A stretch of 64,000 bases of DNA, from positions 1,440,001-1,504,000 of the forward strand of contig CAVTNB010000001.1 of the NCBI GenBank assembly GCA_963736005.1, in the 5' to 3' direction. Below, one piece after another: positions 41,811 through 52,485 of the stretch; position 1 is the first letter of the stretch; every line of letters begins with the position of its first letter. The notes beneath the pieces were generated by a model. That model worked only from the letters and a program-made list of their open reading frames with translations, did no database searches and was not told the origin of the DNA. Source of the DNA: an uncultured Pseudomonadota bacterium (GTDB lineage Bacteria > Vulcanimicrobiota > Vulcanimicrobiia > Eremiobacterales > Eremiobacteraceae). Position numbers and translations under genes: made by a program.

Positions 41811-43843
41811 GCGCTGGCGGTTCGCCTCGCAAACAGTTTGCGGTAGATGAGCTGTACGACGACTCCAATCACGAATCCGAAGACGAGACCGTTCGTAATA
41901 CGCAGCAGCGTGACCAGAAGCGGCGTGTGGATGTGGCTAAACGTATCGATGACGTCAGCAAGAGCGACGCCGGCAGCGAGGACGATAAGCCACCCGATCG
42001 CTCGCCGATGCACGCTGGACAGCGCGGGCAGCAACATGAGCGCCGGAAAACCGATCAAGAATTCCTTGAAGCGCGGCCGGGCGCCCACGAGCGTGGTGAG
42101 CACGCCGCGAAGGTGCGATTCGAATCCTGAGACGCCCACGTCTGGCTGATTCCCAGAACGCACGAGCAGCAAGACGGCCCCGGCGCCGAGGAGGAGGATC
42201 GCGGCAAACTGCCAGGCGCGCAGCGGCGCGTTCCCCACGTCCGATGGCCGGCGCTGCGCTCCAAAGAGCGGAGAAAACGCGTAGAGACTAATCAGGATCA
42301 GCGGAGGCGCCACCAGCAGCAATTTTGTGCCAATGAACTGTTGGACTTCGATCATGAACGTTGCTTGCGAGAGCAAGCCGGCGACGAACAAGCCGCCGAG
42401 CGCCGCTATGCCGACAGTCTTGAGCAGGCAGACGGCGCCATCACGAAGGTCCAGGGAAAAGGCAGGTTGCGCGCGCGGTGCCGGATGGGAAAAGTAAGGT
42501 GCAAGAACCGTGCCGGCAAGCACGGCGAAGGTCAGCGCGCCACCCAGCGCCCACAGTTGGCGCACGATGTAGTCGTGCGCGAGGAGCGCACTCGCCACAA
42601 AGGCCACCACCGTGATTCCAAAAAACGCCCACGCCATCCACAGACGCGCCCATCCGTACGCATCGAGCAGCAACAAGAAGGCGCCGGCAACGCCAAGAGC
42701 CACAAGGCAGTAGAGAATCTCAAGTGTGGGACCCTTGAAATTGACGAACCCCGTGGCCCGTCCAACGGAAAAGCCATTTGCTGCGAGTCCATCGCGTAGC
42801 CGGCGCAGCATGTCAAGGTTGGTCGCTTCTGCTGATTCTGTGACCAGTGTGCCGTCGGCAAGCTTGTTTTGGATCACGTGCGGGAACGGGCGTAAGTAAA
42901 TGACGCGGATGTTGCGCTCGCGCACGCCCAGCAGGTAGCGCGCAATGACGGTGTCGAGATCGAGCTTGTCGAGCTCGACCTTAGAGATGGCTTGCACGCG
43001 AACGGTTTGACTGACGATTTTGCGCGCGAGCGTGATACTGCCTTTCTGGATTTGATCTTCGCTGTACGCCTCGACGTCTCCAAAATTTACGCCAGTCGTG
43101 CGAAATGTGTCAGCCGTGGCGTCCAAATTGAAAGGATAGCCCAGCACGTCGTTACGCTGGCCGAAGAAAATGACCGTGCCGATTCGTCCGCCAGCGAGCA
43201 TTTGCGCAAATGTCGCAGCAATGCGATCGGGCCCCATGCGCTCGTTGTTTTGCACGCGAGGGTCCACCAGCAATCCGGCGCGGCGCACTTGCAATGCGAT
43301 ATCATCGGGAATACCGAGACCAAGACTGTTGAAAAAATCGATCTGCGTCTTCACCGCAACGATGGCGGGCAGCCGGGCTCTGATGAGCCGGACGTTGCGG
43401 GCTTCGAGTTGGTTGCGCAGGACGGTCAAGTATCGCGCGACGGTGGGACGATCGTATACGATGAGGTACACACTGTTGGGATCGATCTGATGCGCCGACG
43501 ACATGGCAGCAAGAAGCGGATCGCCGAGTGGGGAGACACGAGCGCTATCGATCAGTTGTTGACCGGAGAGCGCGAGAGCGTGGCTTGAACTGTTGACCCG
43601 CTGACCTTGCTCCTCGTAGACTGCGACAGAGGTGAGTCCAGCTCGGCGCATCTCGCGCAGTAGCTCGTCTGGGTCGTACCCAAAAGCATGCGCGAAATCT
43701 GCCAGATCTTGTTGATCCATGGTGATTTCGACGCTTCGATTGCGGGCTTCGAATCGATAGCGGTCGCCGGCGACGAGCAATGCGGCAAGCGTCCCGGCAA
43801 TGATAGCGACGAGCGCGAGCCGGCGCACAAAGGAAGTCTGCAT
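41807..43843 (-). CDS. DUF5693-like membrane protein
   Basis: ERNIRVIYLRP, FIGTKL, RSGN, ARPRFKEFLIGFP, DTFSHIHTP; typical csaB neighbour. Confidence 0.75.
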   Translation of the reverse strand: MQTSFVRRLALVAIIAGTLAALLVAGDRYRFEARNRSVEITMDQQDLADFAHAFGYDPDELLREMRRAGLTSVAVYEEQGQRVNSSSHALALSGQQLIDSARVSPLGDPLLAAMSSAHQIDPNSVYLIVYDRPTVARYLTVLRNQLEARNVRLIRARLPAIVAVKTQIDFFNSLGLGIPDDIALQVRRAGLLVDPRVQNNERMGPDRIAATFAQMLAGGRIGTVIFFGQRNDVLGYPFNLDATADTFRTTGVNFGDVEAYSEDQIQKGSITLARKIVSQTVRVQAISKVELDKLDLDTVIARYLLGVRERNIRVIYLRPFPHVIQNKLADGTLVTESAEATNLDMLRRLRDGLAANGFSVGRATGFVNFKGPTLEILYCLVALGVAGAFLLLLDAYGWARLWMAWAFFGITVVAFVASALLAHDYIVRQLWALGGALTFAVLAGTVLAPYFSHPAPRAQPAFSLDLRDGAVCLLKTVGIAALGGLFVAGLLSQATFMIEVQQFIGTKLLLVAPPLILISLYAFSPLFGAQRRPSDVGNAPLRAWQFAAILLLGAGAVLLLVRSGNQPDVGVSGFESHLRGVLTTLVGARPRFKEFLIGFPALMLLPALSSVHRRAIGWLIVLAAGVALADVIDTFSHIHTPLLVTLLRITNGLVFGFVIGVVVQLIYRKLFARRTASA

Positions 43844-43906
43844 TGGCGTTGCCTTTGAGGTTAGCCCGGGGCTTGCCTTCGGCGCTGCCGGCGAATTCGT
43901 CGCGGG

Positions 43907-44344
43907 CTACGTTTTCGTCTTGAACTTGTCGAGCGCGTCGCGCAGCTTCTGCGCTGCAAGCTCGAGCGCATTGGCAGCCGTTTCGATCGACATCGCAAAG
44001 ACGTGCTCGCCGCGTTCGGTGGCCGCTTTCGCAAACTCCGACGCGCGCTCGCCAAATTGCGCCCGGTCGAATCCGAAAGCCTCCGGGGACCAGCGCTTTT
44101 GTTCGGCAGCCAGGTGCCGGGCGAGCTCTTCAGGCGCGCCGAGCGCAAGAAGTTCGGCCGCGATGAGATCGACGCCGATTTCGAGACGGTTTTGCTCGCG
44201 CGCTTTTGCCTCGCAGTTGCTCGTGATCTGCCGGTACAGTCTGTCGACGAGCGGCGTGCGCTGTGACGGTGAGAGCGGTATTGCGCGATGCACGCGGTCG
44301 AGATAATCGTTGAGTGCCGAGGTGGCCTCTTGCGGAGTATACAC
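43907..44344 (-). CDS. Hypothetical protein
   Basis: GTG after GGAG; helical, LGAPEELA motif. Confidence 0.6.
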   Translation of the reverse strand: MYTPQEATSALNDYLDRVHRAIPLSPSQRTPLVDRLYRQITSNCEAKAREQNRLEIGVDLIAAELLALGAPEELARHLAAEQKRWSPEAFGFDRAQFGERASEFAKAATERGEHVFAMSIETAANALELAAQKLRDALDKFKTKT

Positions 44345-44393
44345 GTTTTTCTCCAGAAGCAGGGCTGGGAGTGGGGTTCGCCGACACGTACGT

Positions 44394-45341
44394 ATGGCTT
44401 CGGTGAATCTTACCTGCACGAAGTGTGCGCCAGGGAGCCCCTGTGCATCCTGCCGCGCCATAGCTCGATCGCTACGAACTGCCGGTCATTCCATCACGCA
44501 AACGTCGCGCTACGATGCTTTGAGAGCTGCCGCGGTGGGAAGCTATGGATTCGAAGCTTGCGTGCTTCCACTCGGCAGCCACGAACGCTCAATCTTGGAT
44601 TCTGCCTTCACGTTGCTCGCGAGAACTCGGGTCGCGCTGGTCGTCGAGCCTGGTGCGCTGTCCGGCACTCCTACTCCTGAAGGCTTTACCGTCATCGTGG
44701 CTGCTGATTGGCAGACTCAACCGTTTCCCACAAATTGGATTGACAAGGCCCGAACGAGCAACCCCATCCCGGCGGCGTTTGAGAACAATGTGGAAACGAC
44801 GCATGCCATACTCGAATCCGCCATCCCCGTAGAGCAATTTGGTTCTGCGCGCCGTCGGCTCAAGAGCCTGGCTGCCCGTGCCCAGCGAGATTTGGGTGAG
44901 GCTGGTTTTGGTAAAGACCTGCGGCTGGATTCTATGGCAATGCTCGAGGATGAGATATCGTGGGCAAGCGCGAGTGCGAGTGGCTTTGGCCTCGTCCTCG
45001 TCATCGTCCGAGCCAAAACCGCGAGCGCAACGTTGAGCACCGAGCGATCGCTCGACTCGTTGCGAGAGTACGTGAGTTGCGTCGTCCGGTCGGGCGATGC
45101 GATCGCACAGGGCAGCGATAGCCTGCTCGTCATCGTGCCGGAAGCCGACGAGAAACAAACCGGTCTGGTTGCAAGCAGGATCGCCAACAGAATACGAAGA
45201 GCTTTGAAAAGCTCAAAGAGTGACAAGGCGTTGATGCGCGCTTGCCGCCATGCCACACTTGGAATTGCCACCTATCCCGTCCATGGCCTCACTCGGGAAA
45301 TGCTTTTGGCCCGTGCTACCGCGTCCGCGAAGCCGGTTTAG
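44394..45341 (+). CDS. Degenerate GGDEF-like domain protein with Cys-rich N-terminus
   Basis: CTKC..PCASC; VRSGDAIAQGSDSLLVIVPE, ATLGIATYPVHG..LLARA; no GGDEF motif. Confidence 0.6.
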   Translation: MASVNLTCTKCAPGSPCASCRAIARSLRTAGHSITQTSRYDALRAAAVGSYGFEACVLPLGSHERSILDSAFTLLARTRVALVVEPGALSGTPTPEGFTVIVAADWQTQPFPTNWIDKARTSNPIPAAFENNVETTHAILESAIPVEQFGSARRRLKSLAARAQRDLGEAGFGKDLRLDSMAMLEDEISWASASASGFGLVLVIVRAKTASATLSTERSLDSLREYVSCVVRSGDAIAQGSDSLLVIVPEADEKQTGLVASRIANRIRRALKSSKSDKALMRACRHATLGIATYPVHGLTREMLLARATASAKPV

Positions 45342-45346
45342 ATCCG

Positions 45347-45371
45347 CGCGCGAATAAATTCGCGCGACTAC
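45347..45371 (-). repeat. REP family B between convergent genes
   Basis: CGCGCGAATAAATTCGCGCGACTAC. Confidence 0.9.
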
Positions 45372-45375
45372 ATTA

Positions 45376-46125
45376 TTAGATGCCGGCGTACCACTCGTAG
45401 CCCTGGTCTTCCCAATAACCGCCGCTGCCAAGAGTTCCGCCGAGCGACGCCACGAGTTCGATGCGTTGCACGTACTTCGCGCTCTTGTATCCGAGCTGCG
45501 TCGGCACTTTGAGCCGCAATGGCGCGCCATTCTTTATTGGAATCGGCTTGTCGTTGAGCTCGTAGGCAAGCAGAGCCTGCGGATGAGCAGCCTGCGAAAC
45601 GGAGAGTGACTCGTAGTAATACGTGCCCATCATGTCGGTGTCCATGCAATGAAAAACGACGTACTGCGCCAGCGGTTTCACGCCGCCGTTCGCAAGCAGG
45701 TCGGATAAGCGCACGCCGCTCCACTTACCGATAACGCTCCAGCCCTCAACGCAATCGTGGCGCGTGATCTGCGAGCGAATGGCAAACTTTTGATGCAAGG
45801 CTGCTAGATCGTACGACTGCGGCCGATCGACCAAGCCATCGACGCGCAACTCGTAACCCCTCCAGCCGCTCTTGCTCCAACGCGCATACTGATCCGAACC
45901 CGGCGGATCGAAGCCATTGGCGCGAAAGTCCGCCGATACATCATCAATCGTGTACTCGCGCGCGAGCGGCTGGCCCGCGCCAAGTATCGCAAGATTCAAA
46001 CGCTCCGGCGTTTGGAGAAAATTGTGAAAGCCTTGGTTGTCGTTGAGCGACGTCGCGAGTCGCGCACAACCAGTCAGAGAAGTCACTGCGATGATGCCAA
46101 GAAAGTTTCGGCGTTTGAGTTTCAC
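45376..46125 (-). CDS. Sulfite oxidase family molybdopterin oxidoreductase (MsrP/YedY-like), Tat-exported
   Basis: KRRNFL, HDCVEGWS, NGAPLRL..QLGYKSAKY, GYWEDQGY. Confidence 0.88.
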   Translation of the reverse strand: MKLKRRNFLGIIAVTSLTGCARLATSLNDNQGFHNFLQTPERLNLAILGAGQPLAREYTIDDVSADFRANGFDPPGSDQYARWSKSGWRGYELRVDGLVDRPQSYDLAALHQKFAIRSQITRHDCVEGWSVIGKWSGVRLSDLLANGGVKPLAQYVVFHCMDTDMMGTYYYESLSVSQAAHPQALLAYELNDKPIPIKNGAPLRLKVPTQLGYKSAKYVQRIELVASLGGTLGSGGYWEDQGYEWYAGI

Positions 46126-46922
46126 GGTGCTTGAGCCCCCGGGACCTCTAGCCATCCACTGATCATGGAGCGCAGGTTGTTGACCAACCCGGTCAGCACG
46201 ACCATGAGGATGTGCACGACAAAGAACAGCATGAGGACGATCATGCCCGCAAAATGCCACAGCCGGGCGAACTGCCGCCCGCCGAACATCTGTGGCAGCC
46301 AATGTGCATGCGCGTCGACCGCGGGCGAAAGCGCGAGGCCCGAGAGAATCACGATCGGCGCCACGACGAACACGATGCCAAAGTAGCTGAGCTTCTGCAA
46401 CGGGTTCAGGTGCGCTGATGCAGCAACCCTCCAGGGAACGAGATGCTCGCGCAACGTGCTTGGCAAAGCCCGCAGGTCAGCGCGCGTCGGAACAAGGTTG
46501 AGCGCGAAGCGGGCATACACGGCCGCGCACAACACGAAGATCCACGCGAAGAAGATGTGCCAGCGCCGTCCGTCCGCGAGATCTTGATACGCCGGAATTG
46601 TCAACCATGAAGGAAAGGCCCGCTCTGTCATGCCGCCCATTCCGTCTGGTCCAAAGCCGAGAACACCCGTGGTATTCACGCGCCACGAGCCGATTTGCAC
46701 GTAACCGATTTCGCTTGCGTCGGGAGCTAGTTCCGACCGAATGCTGAGGGCCGGATGGTCGAAATGCGAGGCATCGGATGCATAGAGTGCGGGATGAGCA
46801 TTGAAAATCTGCATGCCGCTCATCGCGAGCACGATCAGGGCGAGCGCACTCACCCAATGCGTGACGCGCACAGCGAGCGGGTGCCGGTAGATACGCGTCC
46901 TAGATGTCTTCACGTTGAGCAA
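46122..46922 (-). CDS. Cytochrome b subunit (Ni-hydrogenase cyt b / YdhU-like)
   Basis: RVTHW, RRWHIFFAW, NPLQKLSY, ARLWHF, VHILMV. Confidence 0.85.
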   Translation of the reverse strand: MLNVKTSRTRIYRHPLAVRVTHWVSALALIVLAMSGMQIFNAHPALYASDASHFDHPALSIRSELAPDASEIGYVQIGSWRVNTTGVLGFGPDGMGGMTERAFPSWLTIPAYQDLADGRRWHIFFAWIFVLCAAVYARFALNLVPTRADLRALPSTLREHLVPWRVAASAHLNPLQKLSYFGIVFVVAPIVILSGLALSPAVDAHAHWLPQMFGGRQFARLWHFAGMIVLMLFFVVHILMVVLTGLVNNLRSMISGWLEVPGAQAP

Positions 46923-47069
46923 TACGATCTATGTGGCCCGCCGGATGCCCGCATTTGGAAAGGCCTTGTGCGTGGCTGGCCGCGAACACTCACCACCGCA
47001 TCTTCGCACGAACTATGAAAATTTCATTCGTGCGAATTTTCCCTATGACCGCAGTTCTGAGGAGGTCTT

Positions 47070-47486
47070 ATGCCGAGTAAAGGCATCAACCATCTCGCCG
47101 TTTGGGTGAGTGCAATTGTTTTCTTTTTGTGGGGCTACGTGTGGTTTAGCGTTCTTTTCAAGAGCCAGGTGATGGCGATGATGTCCCAGATGAACGCTGT
47201 GTCACCGACGAGCCCAGTGCCATATATTGTCGGTTTTCTGATGGCACTCGTGTTGGCTTACGGCACCGCGATCGCTTTGGCAGATAGCCAAAACCCAAGC
47301 GCGTCTCACGGCATTTCGTTCGGACTCTTTATGGGAGTCATTTTCTACGCGGGTCCTAGGTTAACGCAGACGCTTTTTGGCGGCACGCCAGTTTCGTGGT
47401 GGCTGCTGGAAATCGGTTGGGCTCTCATCGGGTTTGCCCTCGTCGGTGCCATCGTCGGCGGCTGGCCAAAGCGGGCAGCAGCCTAA
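47070..47486 (+). CDS. DUF1761-like membrane protein
   Basis: INHLAVWVSAIVFFLWGYVWFS; four TM segments; RBS GAGGAGG. Confidence 0.7.
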   Translation: MPSKGINHLAVWVSAIVFFLWGYVWFSVLFKSQVMAMMSQMNAVSPTSPVPYIVGFLMALVLAYGTAIALADSQNPSASHGISFGLFMGVIFYAGPRLTQTLFGGTPVSWWLLEIGWALIGFALVGAIVGGWPKRAAA

Positions 47487-47487
47487 C

Positions 47488-49200
47488 TTAGTACGACCGA
47501 CTCGTCCTCGTCGCAAAGCCGGCAGGTGGCGTCGCCATTTCATCGGGTACCGCCACCGGCGTGATTCCCAGGCTCTGGCAATTCATCGGGGGCGGAAACG
47601 TGCCGACCGCCTTGTCTGGAATCTGGGCTTGTTCTGCCGCAATGGGCGGCGACGTTCCGGCCAAGCGTGCTGGATCGAAGCCGCCAAGCAAATCTGTGAT
47701 CGCCGGGTTTGTGTCGCGCGGTCCCTTCGGCAGGTAAGGCTTCTCGTCGGGCAACGAGGCAAGCGGCGGTAGGTCAAACAAAACGCTCACGAGCTTCGCA
47801 AACGATGCGTGGTCACCGGGATCCGAAACGATTGCGCCGGACTTCGCATAGGGTGAGATCAGCAGAAGCGGAACGCGTGGACCATCACCGCACGGGCGAG
47901 CATCCGGACAGCTTTCGAACACCGGCGGGGGCACGTGGTCGTAGTAGCCTTCTGAATCGTCCCACAAGATGATGACGACCGAATCTTTCCAATACTTGCT
48001 GCGCGCAATGGCGTTGATGTAGGTTGCCGCCATCGCTTCTGAGATCTGAGAGTCAGAATACCCCGGATGGTCGTCGTCGCCGCGAAAGGTTTGGCGTACT
48101 TGCGCATCGGGGTTTGCCGCCTGCCACCCAAACGGGTTTTGGTAGCCGCCTTTAATAAAGAAGACTCCGCGATCGGGAAGCGTGCCGGACTGGATTGCGG
48201 GTAGCAACTCCGTAAGATCGTGCACGTTGCTCCACAATGGCGCGTTCTGTCGGACGTAGCCAAAGAATTGCGCGGCATTGTGGTGCGTCACATACGCAGG
48301 GTACGTGCCGCTGCCATCGTCCTTGAAACCCTCCTGATACCAACCCCAAGGAACCGGAGCCGTCCCCGATCCGGCGAGCGAAGCGATGTCTTCTTTAATA
48401 TCACCATTGTCGATGACGGCGGAGGTCGCCGACGTACCACTCAAGGTAAGGAAGAGATTGGCAAAGGTGAGATCGATCTGTTTTGTTTTTGGCTCGCCCT
48501 TGTGATAGGGGCCGAACGCTGGATAGAGATCGTCAACCACCGGTACGCCAGGTCCAGTATCCGAATCTGCGACTGCCTCCGAGGGGTGGCGCGCCCATTG
48601 CGTTTGTCCAGTTTGTGCCGCCACGAGATCGATGTTCCCGGGAGTGGAAGGACCGTACATTGCTTGAAAGATGTGATCGTAGAGCGCAAACGTGTGGGCA
48701 TATTTCCAAAGGAATGGAATTGTGTCGCAGTCTTCGTGCGCCATGGTGAGAATGCCAACACGCTGAGCGTCTTGGAGCGTCGCTCCGAGACGCAACATCC
48801 GCCCCTCCTCAGCCGCCACATATAGGTCCATCTTGCCGCCGTCAGCTTTTGCGTACAACGCCGGCCGCGAATGGTCAGCATCCGCCAGATCGGGGTCGCT
48901 CAGGCGAAATGGGCTAATCCATTGATTGCCGATGGGATCGTATTGTTTAAAGCCGTGCAGGCGCGCTTCGTCACTCGCTAGATTGTCGGCCCCGGGGAAA
49001 GTACCGAAGTATGAGTCAAACGACCGGTTTTCCTGATAGATGATGAAGACATGGTGAATGTGCGCCCGGAGGTTTGCGAGCAACACTTGCTGATCGGAGT
49101 TGTCAGCGAATAACGCCGACGGTCTTGCAATAAGCGCCAACACTATGGTGAGCATGAGGAAACCGTATCGCAGCGAGCGCCCTCTCATTATGTACCTCAC
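47488..49200 (-). CDS. Phospholipase C / phosphoesterase family secreted protein
   Basis: IYQENRSFDSYFGTFPGA, GPSTPG, DDHPG, WDDSEGYYDHVPPP, GPRVPLLLISPYAK. Confidence 0.9.
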   Translation of the reverse strand: MRYIMRGRSLRYGFLMLTIVLALIARPSALFADNSDQQVLLANLRAHIHHVFIIYQENRSFDSYFGTFPGADNLASDEARLHGFKQYDPIGNQWISPFRLSDPDLADADHSRPALYAKADGGKMDLYVAAEEGRMLRLGATLQDAQRVGILTMAHEDCDTIPFLWKYAHTFALYDHIFQAMYGPSTPGNIDLVAAQTGQTQWARHPSEAVADSDTGPGVPVVDDLYPAFGPYHKGEPKTKQIDLTFANLFLTLSGTSATSAVIDNGDIKEDIASLAGSGTAPVPWGWYQEGFKDDGSGTYPAYVTHHNAAQFFGYVRQNAPLWSNVHDLTELLPAIQSGTLPDRGVFFIKGGYQNPFGWQAANPDAQVRQTFRGDDDHPGYSDSQISEAMAATYINAIARSKYWKDSVVIILWDDSEGYYDHVPPPVFESCPDARPCGDGPRVPLLLISPYAKSGAIVSDPGDHASFAKLVSVLFDLPPLASLPDEKPYLPKGPRDTNPAITDLLGGFDPARLAGTSPPIAAEQAQIPDKAVGTFPPPMNCQSLGITPVAVPDEMATPPAGFATRTSRSY

Positions 49201-49297
49201 CGTCCCCTTCTACAAAGGTGTGACCCGGTTTTTGTCAGAGTGCGCAGAAGGCCCCTTTTCCTTAGTTCTAGAGTTCGCTATACTACAGGGTAAGCGT

Positions 49298-50797
49298 ATG
49301 ACATCGCCGCTTACGACATTTGCCTGCGATCGTTCCCAGCGGTGGATTCTGGTGCCGGGGGTGGCTTCCACACGCCAGATCGAGATCCGCAACGAAACGG
49401 ACTCGCCAATCGAGGTCCACGTGCACGTTGAGGAGCCGAGCGCGGCCTCCGCGTCTCCCGCCTCGATGACCATCCAACCGCGTCATTCCAGAGTTGCGGA
49501 TATCATTTTTCTCGCGAACTGGTCGCCGGCGCAGGATCGCCGTGCGACCATTTCCCTGCGAGATGGGCAAGGCAACCAACTCTCTTCCTTCTCGCAGGAG
49601 ATTGTCGCCGCAGACAGCTCGGATTGCAGCCTTTCACTCGAGCTCAAAGATGATGTGTTGGTCGACAACGCGATCATTGCGATGAAGCTCTGGTGCACCG
49701 TTGCGAGCCGCAGCGCAACGCCGCGTCGTTTCGAAATTGATTTTGCCCCCCATCCTGCGCTGCAATTTCCCGAGCGCAAGACCGTCACACTCGCGCCCGG
49801 TGAATCGACCGCGTTCGAGGCGCCGGTCCAGTGGAATCGCGCAGTCCGAGATGTTGCGGGTTGGAACCATCCGCGCGTTATCGAAGCATTCGTTCCGGTC
49901 AGCGACGGGCGGCGAACAGCAATCCTCTCCTGGGAACACGTCGAACAGCGGCTCGCTCCATATTTGACCAGCGACGATCAGCAACCCAAACTGATTCCGG
50001 CGCAGCCGCTTGACCAACGGCGCGCAAGTTTTATGGAAAAAACGCCTGGGCAGCTCAAGTACGAAGAACTCATCGAGCTCAAGCGCCTCGAGCAAAGCGT
50101 GGTAAGTTCAACACCCGGCCGCGCACCCGTGAAGCCCATCGATGAACTCGATGCTTCTGCAAGACCCTCGTCGCGGCGCTTGCCCATCGCACCGTTTGTC
50201 ACGATCGCCTTCGCACTGGTAGCGCTGGTTCTCGCCGGTTTTTTCTTCTTACGACCGCCTGAGAAACAAGCTACCAACGGACCGATTTCGGTTTCGCCTT
50301 TGAAACTGAGCCCAGCGCCGGCGGTGCACCCCAGCGCGAAATCTACGACTAGGTCTGCGACCGCGGCGGCCGTTGCAACACAGGTCTTGACGAGCACAAG
50401 CCAAGTGACCCAGCCAAATTCTGTCACCTCGTCAAACGCGAGCGCCCCGCGGACCTCGCCAAAGAGCGTGGCGGCCGCACCCACCAGCAAGCCCGCACCA
50501 CTCCCGACAATCGATCGCAGCCAAGTTGTTGGACTCTCGGGGGTCGCGGCGGAATATGCCCAAGGAGGGCGCGCGGTCAGCGTGGCCTGGTCCGGCGCAG
50601 CACAAGCAAGTGCGCTTGTGCAGCTCGTTGATTTCGATGGTAAGGTTATCGCAAGTCGCTCGATCCGTGGCGACAGTACTGCGGCAGTGTTGCGACTCCC
50701 AAGAGGCTATCACGGACCGGTATCTGTTAACGTCACCGCGTTCGGCTATCACGGAGAGCGGGTCGTTCAGACGGCATCGCTCTCGCCGCCAGGCTAG
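49298..50797 (+). CDS. Hypothetical bitopic membrane protein (beta-rich domains, Pro/Ser/Thr linker)
   Basis: Long ORF with one central TM segment (FVTIAFALVALVLAGFFFL). Confidence 0.65.
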   Translation: MTSPLTTFACDRSQRWILVPGVASTRQIEIRNETDSPIEVHVHVEEPSAASASPASMTIQPRHSRVADIIFLANWSPAQDRRATISLRDGQGNQLSSFSQEIVAADSSDCSLSLELKDDVLVDNAIIAMKLWCTVASRSATPRRFEIDFAPHPALQFPERKTVTLAPGESTAFEAPVQWNRAVRDVAGWNHPRVIEAFVPVSDGRRTAILSWEHVEQRLAPYLTSDDQQPKLIPAQPLDQRRASFMEKTPGQLKYEELIELKRLEQSVVSSTPGRAPVKPIDELDASARPSSRRLPIAPFVTIAFALVALVLAGFFFLRPPEKQATNGPISVSPLKLSPAPAVHPSAKSTTRSATAAAVATQVLTSTSQVTQPNSVTSSNASAPRTSPKSVAAAPTSKPAPLPTIDRSQVVGLSGVAAEYAQGGRAVSVAWSGAAQASALVQLVDFDGKVIASRSIRGDSTAAVLRLPRGYHGPVSVNVTAFGYHGERVVQTASLSPPG

Positions 50798-50822
50798 CAG
50801 CCGTTCCGCCGTGGGAGGGACA

Positions 50823-51263
50823 ATGGTACAGCGTCGACAGACATTCAGAACCTTTGTCGCCGTGGCATGTGCTGTCGTAGTCGTCGCGTTGACGCTCGCC
50901 TCGTGCAACAGTGGTTCCTCGGCTCCCGCAACACCTCTCTCCATCACATCAGGCTCCCCACCCAACGGTACTGTAGGAACAGCCTATAGCTTCAACCTCG
51001 CCGTTACGGGCGGCGAAGGAGGCTATGCCTGGGGTTGGCGTGCGTCGCCAGGTTCGACTCTCCCACCCGGTCTTCGGCTGATGTGTCTTGTTCTCACTCC
51101 GCCTGGGGCGGGTTGTAGCCAGCCTCAGGAGATCGCGGGCATACCAACTACCGCTGGAACCTATAACGTCGTCGTAACGGTAAGCGACGTCGTCCTAACG
51201 GGCGATACTTATTCAAATCCGCAAAGCGCCCGCGCCACATACACGATCACAATTGCACCATGA
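50823..51263 (+). CDS. Lipoprotein with putative Ig (He_PIG-like) domain
   Basis: LASC lipobox; PPNGTVGTAYS, TLPPGL, IAGIPTTAGTY. Confidence 0.75.
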   Translation: MVQRRQTFRTFVAVACAVVVVALTLASCNSGSSAPATPLSITSGSPPNGTVGTAYSFNLAVTGGEGGYAWGWRASPGSTLPPGLRLMCLVLTPPGAGCSQPQEIAGIPTTAGTYNVVVTVSDVVLTGDTYSNPQSARATYTITIAP

Positions 51264-51499
51264 CGATTAAGCCAATTGGTGTGCGAACTATAATAGTTAC
51301 CAATTTATTCGCGACCGAACCCTTAGGCCCAAAGTCTCATCCTTTTTGGGGCGATTTTCCACCGCCGCGTGTGCGCTTGATCAATTCCGGCCGGTCCAAT
51401 CGCTGCTAAGATAACTCCAGACGACCCGATTGATCGGCCTCCGTGCGCAGGGGGTCAACAGCGGGTCTCTTCTTTTTATAGCGCCAACGTTTGGGCGCG

Positions 51500-51897
51500 A
51501 TGAACGCCTCGTACAACCGCATTGCGGGGGAGAGTCTGGCGCGACTGAGCGCTTTGAGCGACGGCGTTTTCGCCGTTGCCATGACCCTTCTCGTGCTCGA
51601 CCTGCGCGTGCCGGCGGCGAGCGCCGTTCATTCGGAACGCGACCTTTTGCAGGCGCTCGCAGGCTCACTCCGCGGCTCATACCATATTTTATGAGTTTTC
51701 TTACGCTGGGCATCTTTTGGGCGGGTCAGCAGACACAGCTCAATAACTTCTCCCGCGCAGATCGCAATGTCGCGTGGATTCACATCGCATTTCTCCTTGC
51801 CGTCTCTATCACTCCATTTTCCACCGTTGCTTTGATCGCGCTCTTGCAGCTCAACTATGCGTTGGGATTGCGCTGGCCGCGCTTTTTGGAACACTAG
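51500..51897 (+). pseudogene. TMEM175/DUF1211 K+ channel, frameshifted and internally shortened
   Basis: RLSALSDGVFAVAMTLLVLDL; the frame changes near 51670 and the sequence ends soon after PFST. Confidence 0.7.
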
Positions 51898-52008
51898 CCC
51901 CCATATGATTGCATAACACTTCACGAGTTCTTCGCCGCATCGCCGTCCATCGAAAGACCTAGGCTGCGACTGAGGAGCATTTTTTAGTAGCGAGAAAAGA
52001 ACCGAGTC

Positions 52009-52485
52009 GTGATTCGACTCACATTATATTCGCGGCCTCGTCTGCAACGCGGCTTCTCACTGATCGAGGCGCTCCTCGCAACCGTTATTTTGCTGCTCCT
52101 ATTCCTTGCGTGGGGCAGCGGTATGATCATCGCGACTGACGGCGAAAACAAAGCAGCGACGCACACGCAAGCGATCGCGACGGCGAACGAGATCCTTGAA
52201 TGGATGCGGCGCGACCCGGGTTTTTGGAACTCTCCCGGCGAGTATGTTGCTGGATCGTGTCCGCATTGCTGGCCCGCGACCTATAATGACACGGTGGGCG
52301 TCACCGCTCCGCAACCGTGCTCTGCGATCATTGTCGGTGCCTCACCCAACTGCTCTTTTAACTGGCTCGCGCTGGCTGATGCCAAATCAAGCGATCTCGC
52401 TCATCTTGCAGTTGTTGTTTTTTACAAAGGCGCCAATCATCAAACCGAACGCTACACCGTCATGGGAATGGCCCGCAAGACATGA
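52009..52485 (+). CDS. Type IV minor pilin (PilV-like)
   Basis: Prepilin site QRG|FSLIEALLA. Confidence 0.8.
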   Translation: MIRLTLYSRPRLQRGFSLIEALLATVILLLLFLAWGSGMIIATDGENKAATHTQAIATANEILEWMRRDPGFWNSPGEYVAGSCPHCWPATYNDTVGVTAPQPCSAIIVGASPNCSFNWLALADAKSSDLAHLAVVVFYKGANHQTERYTVMGMARKT

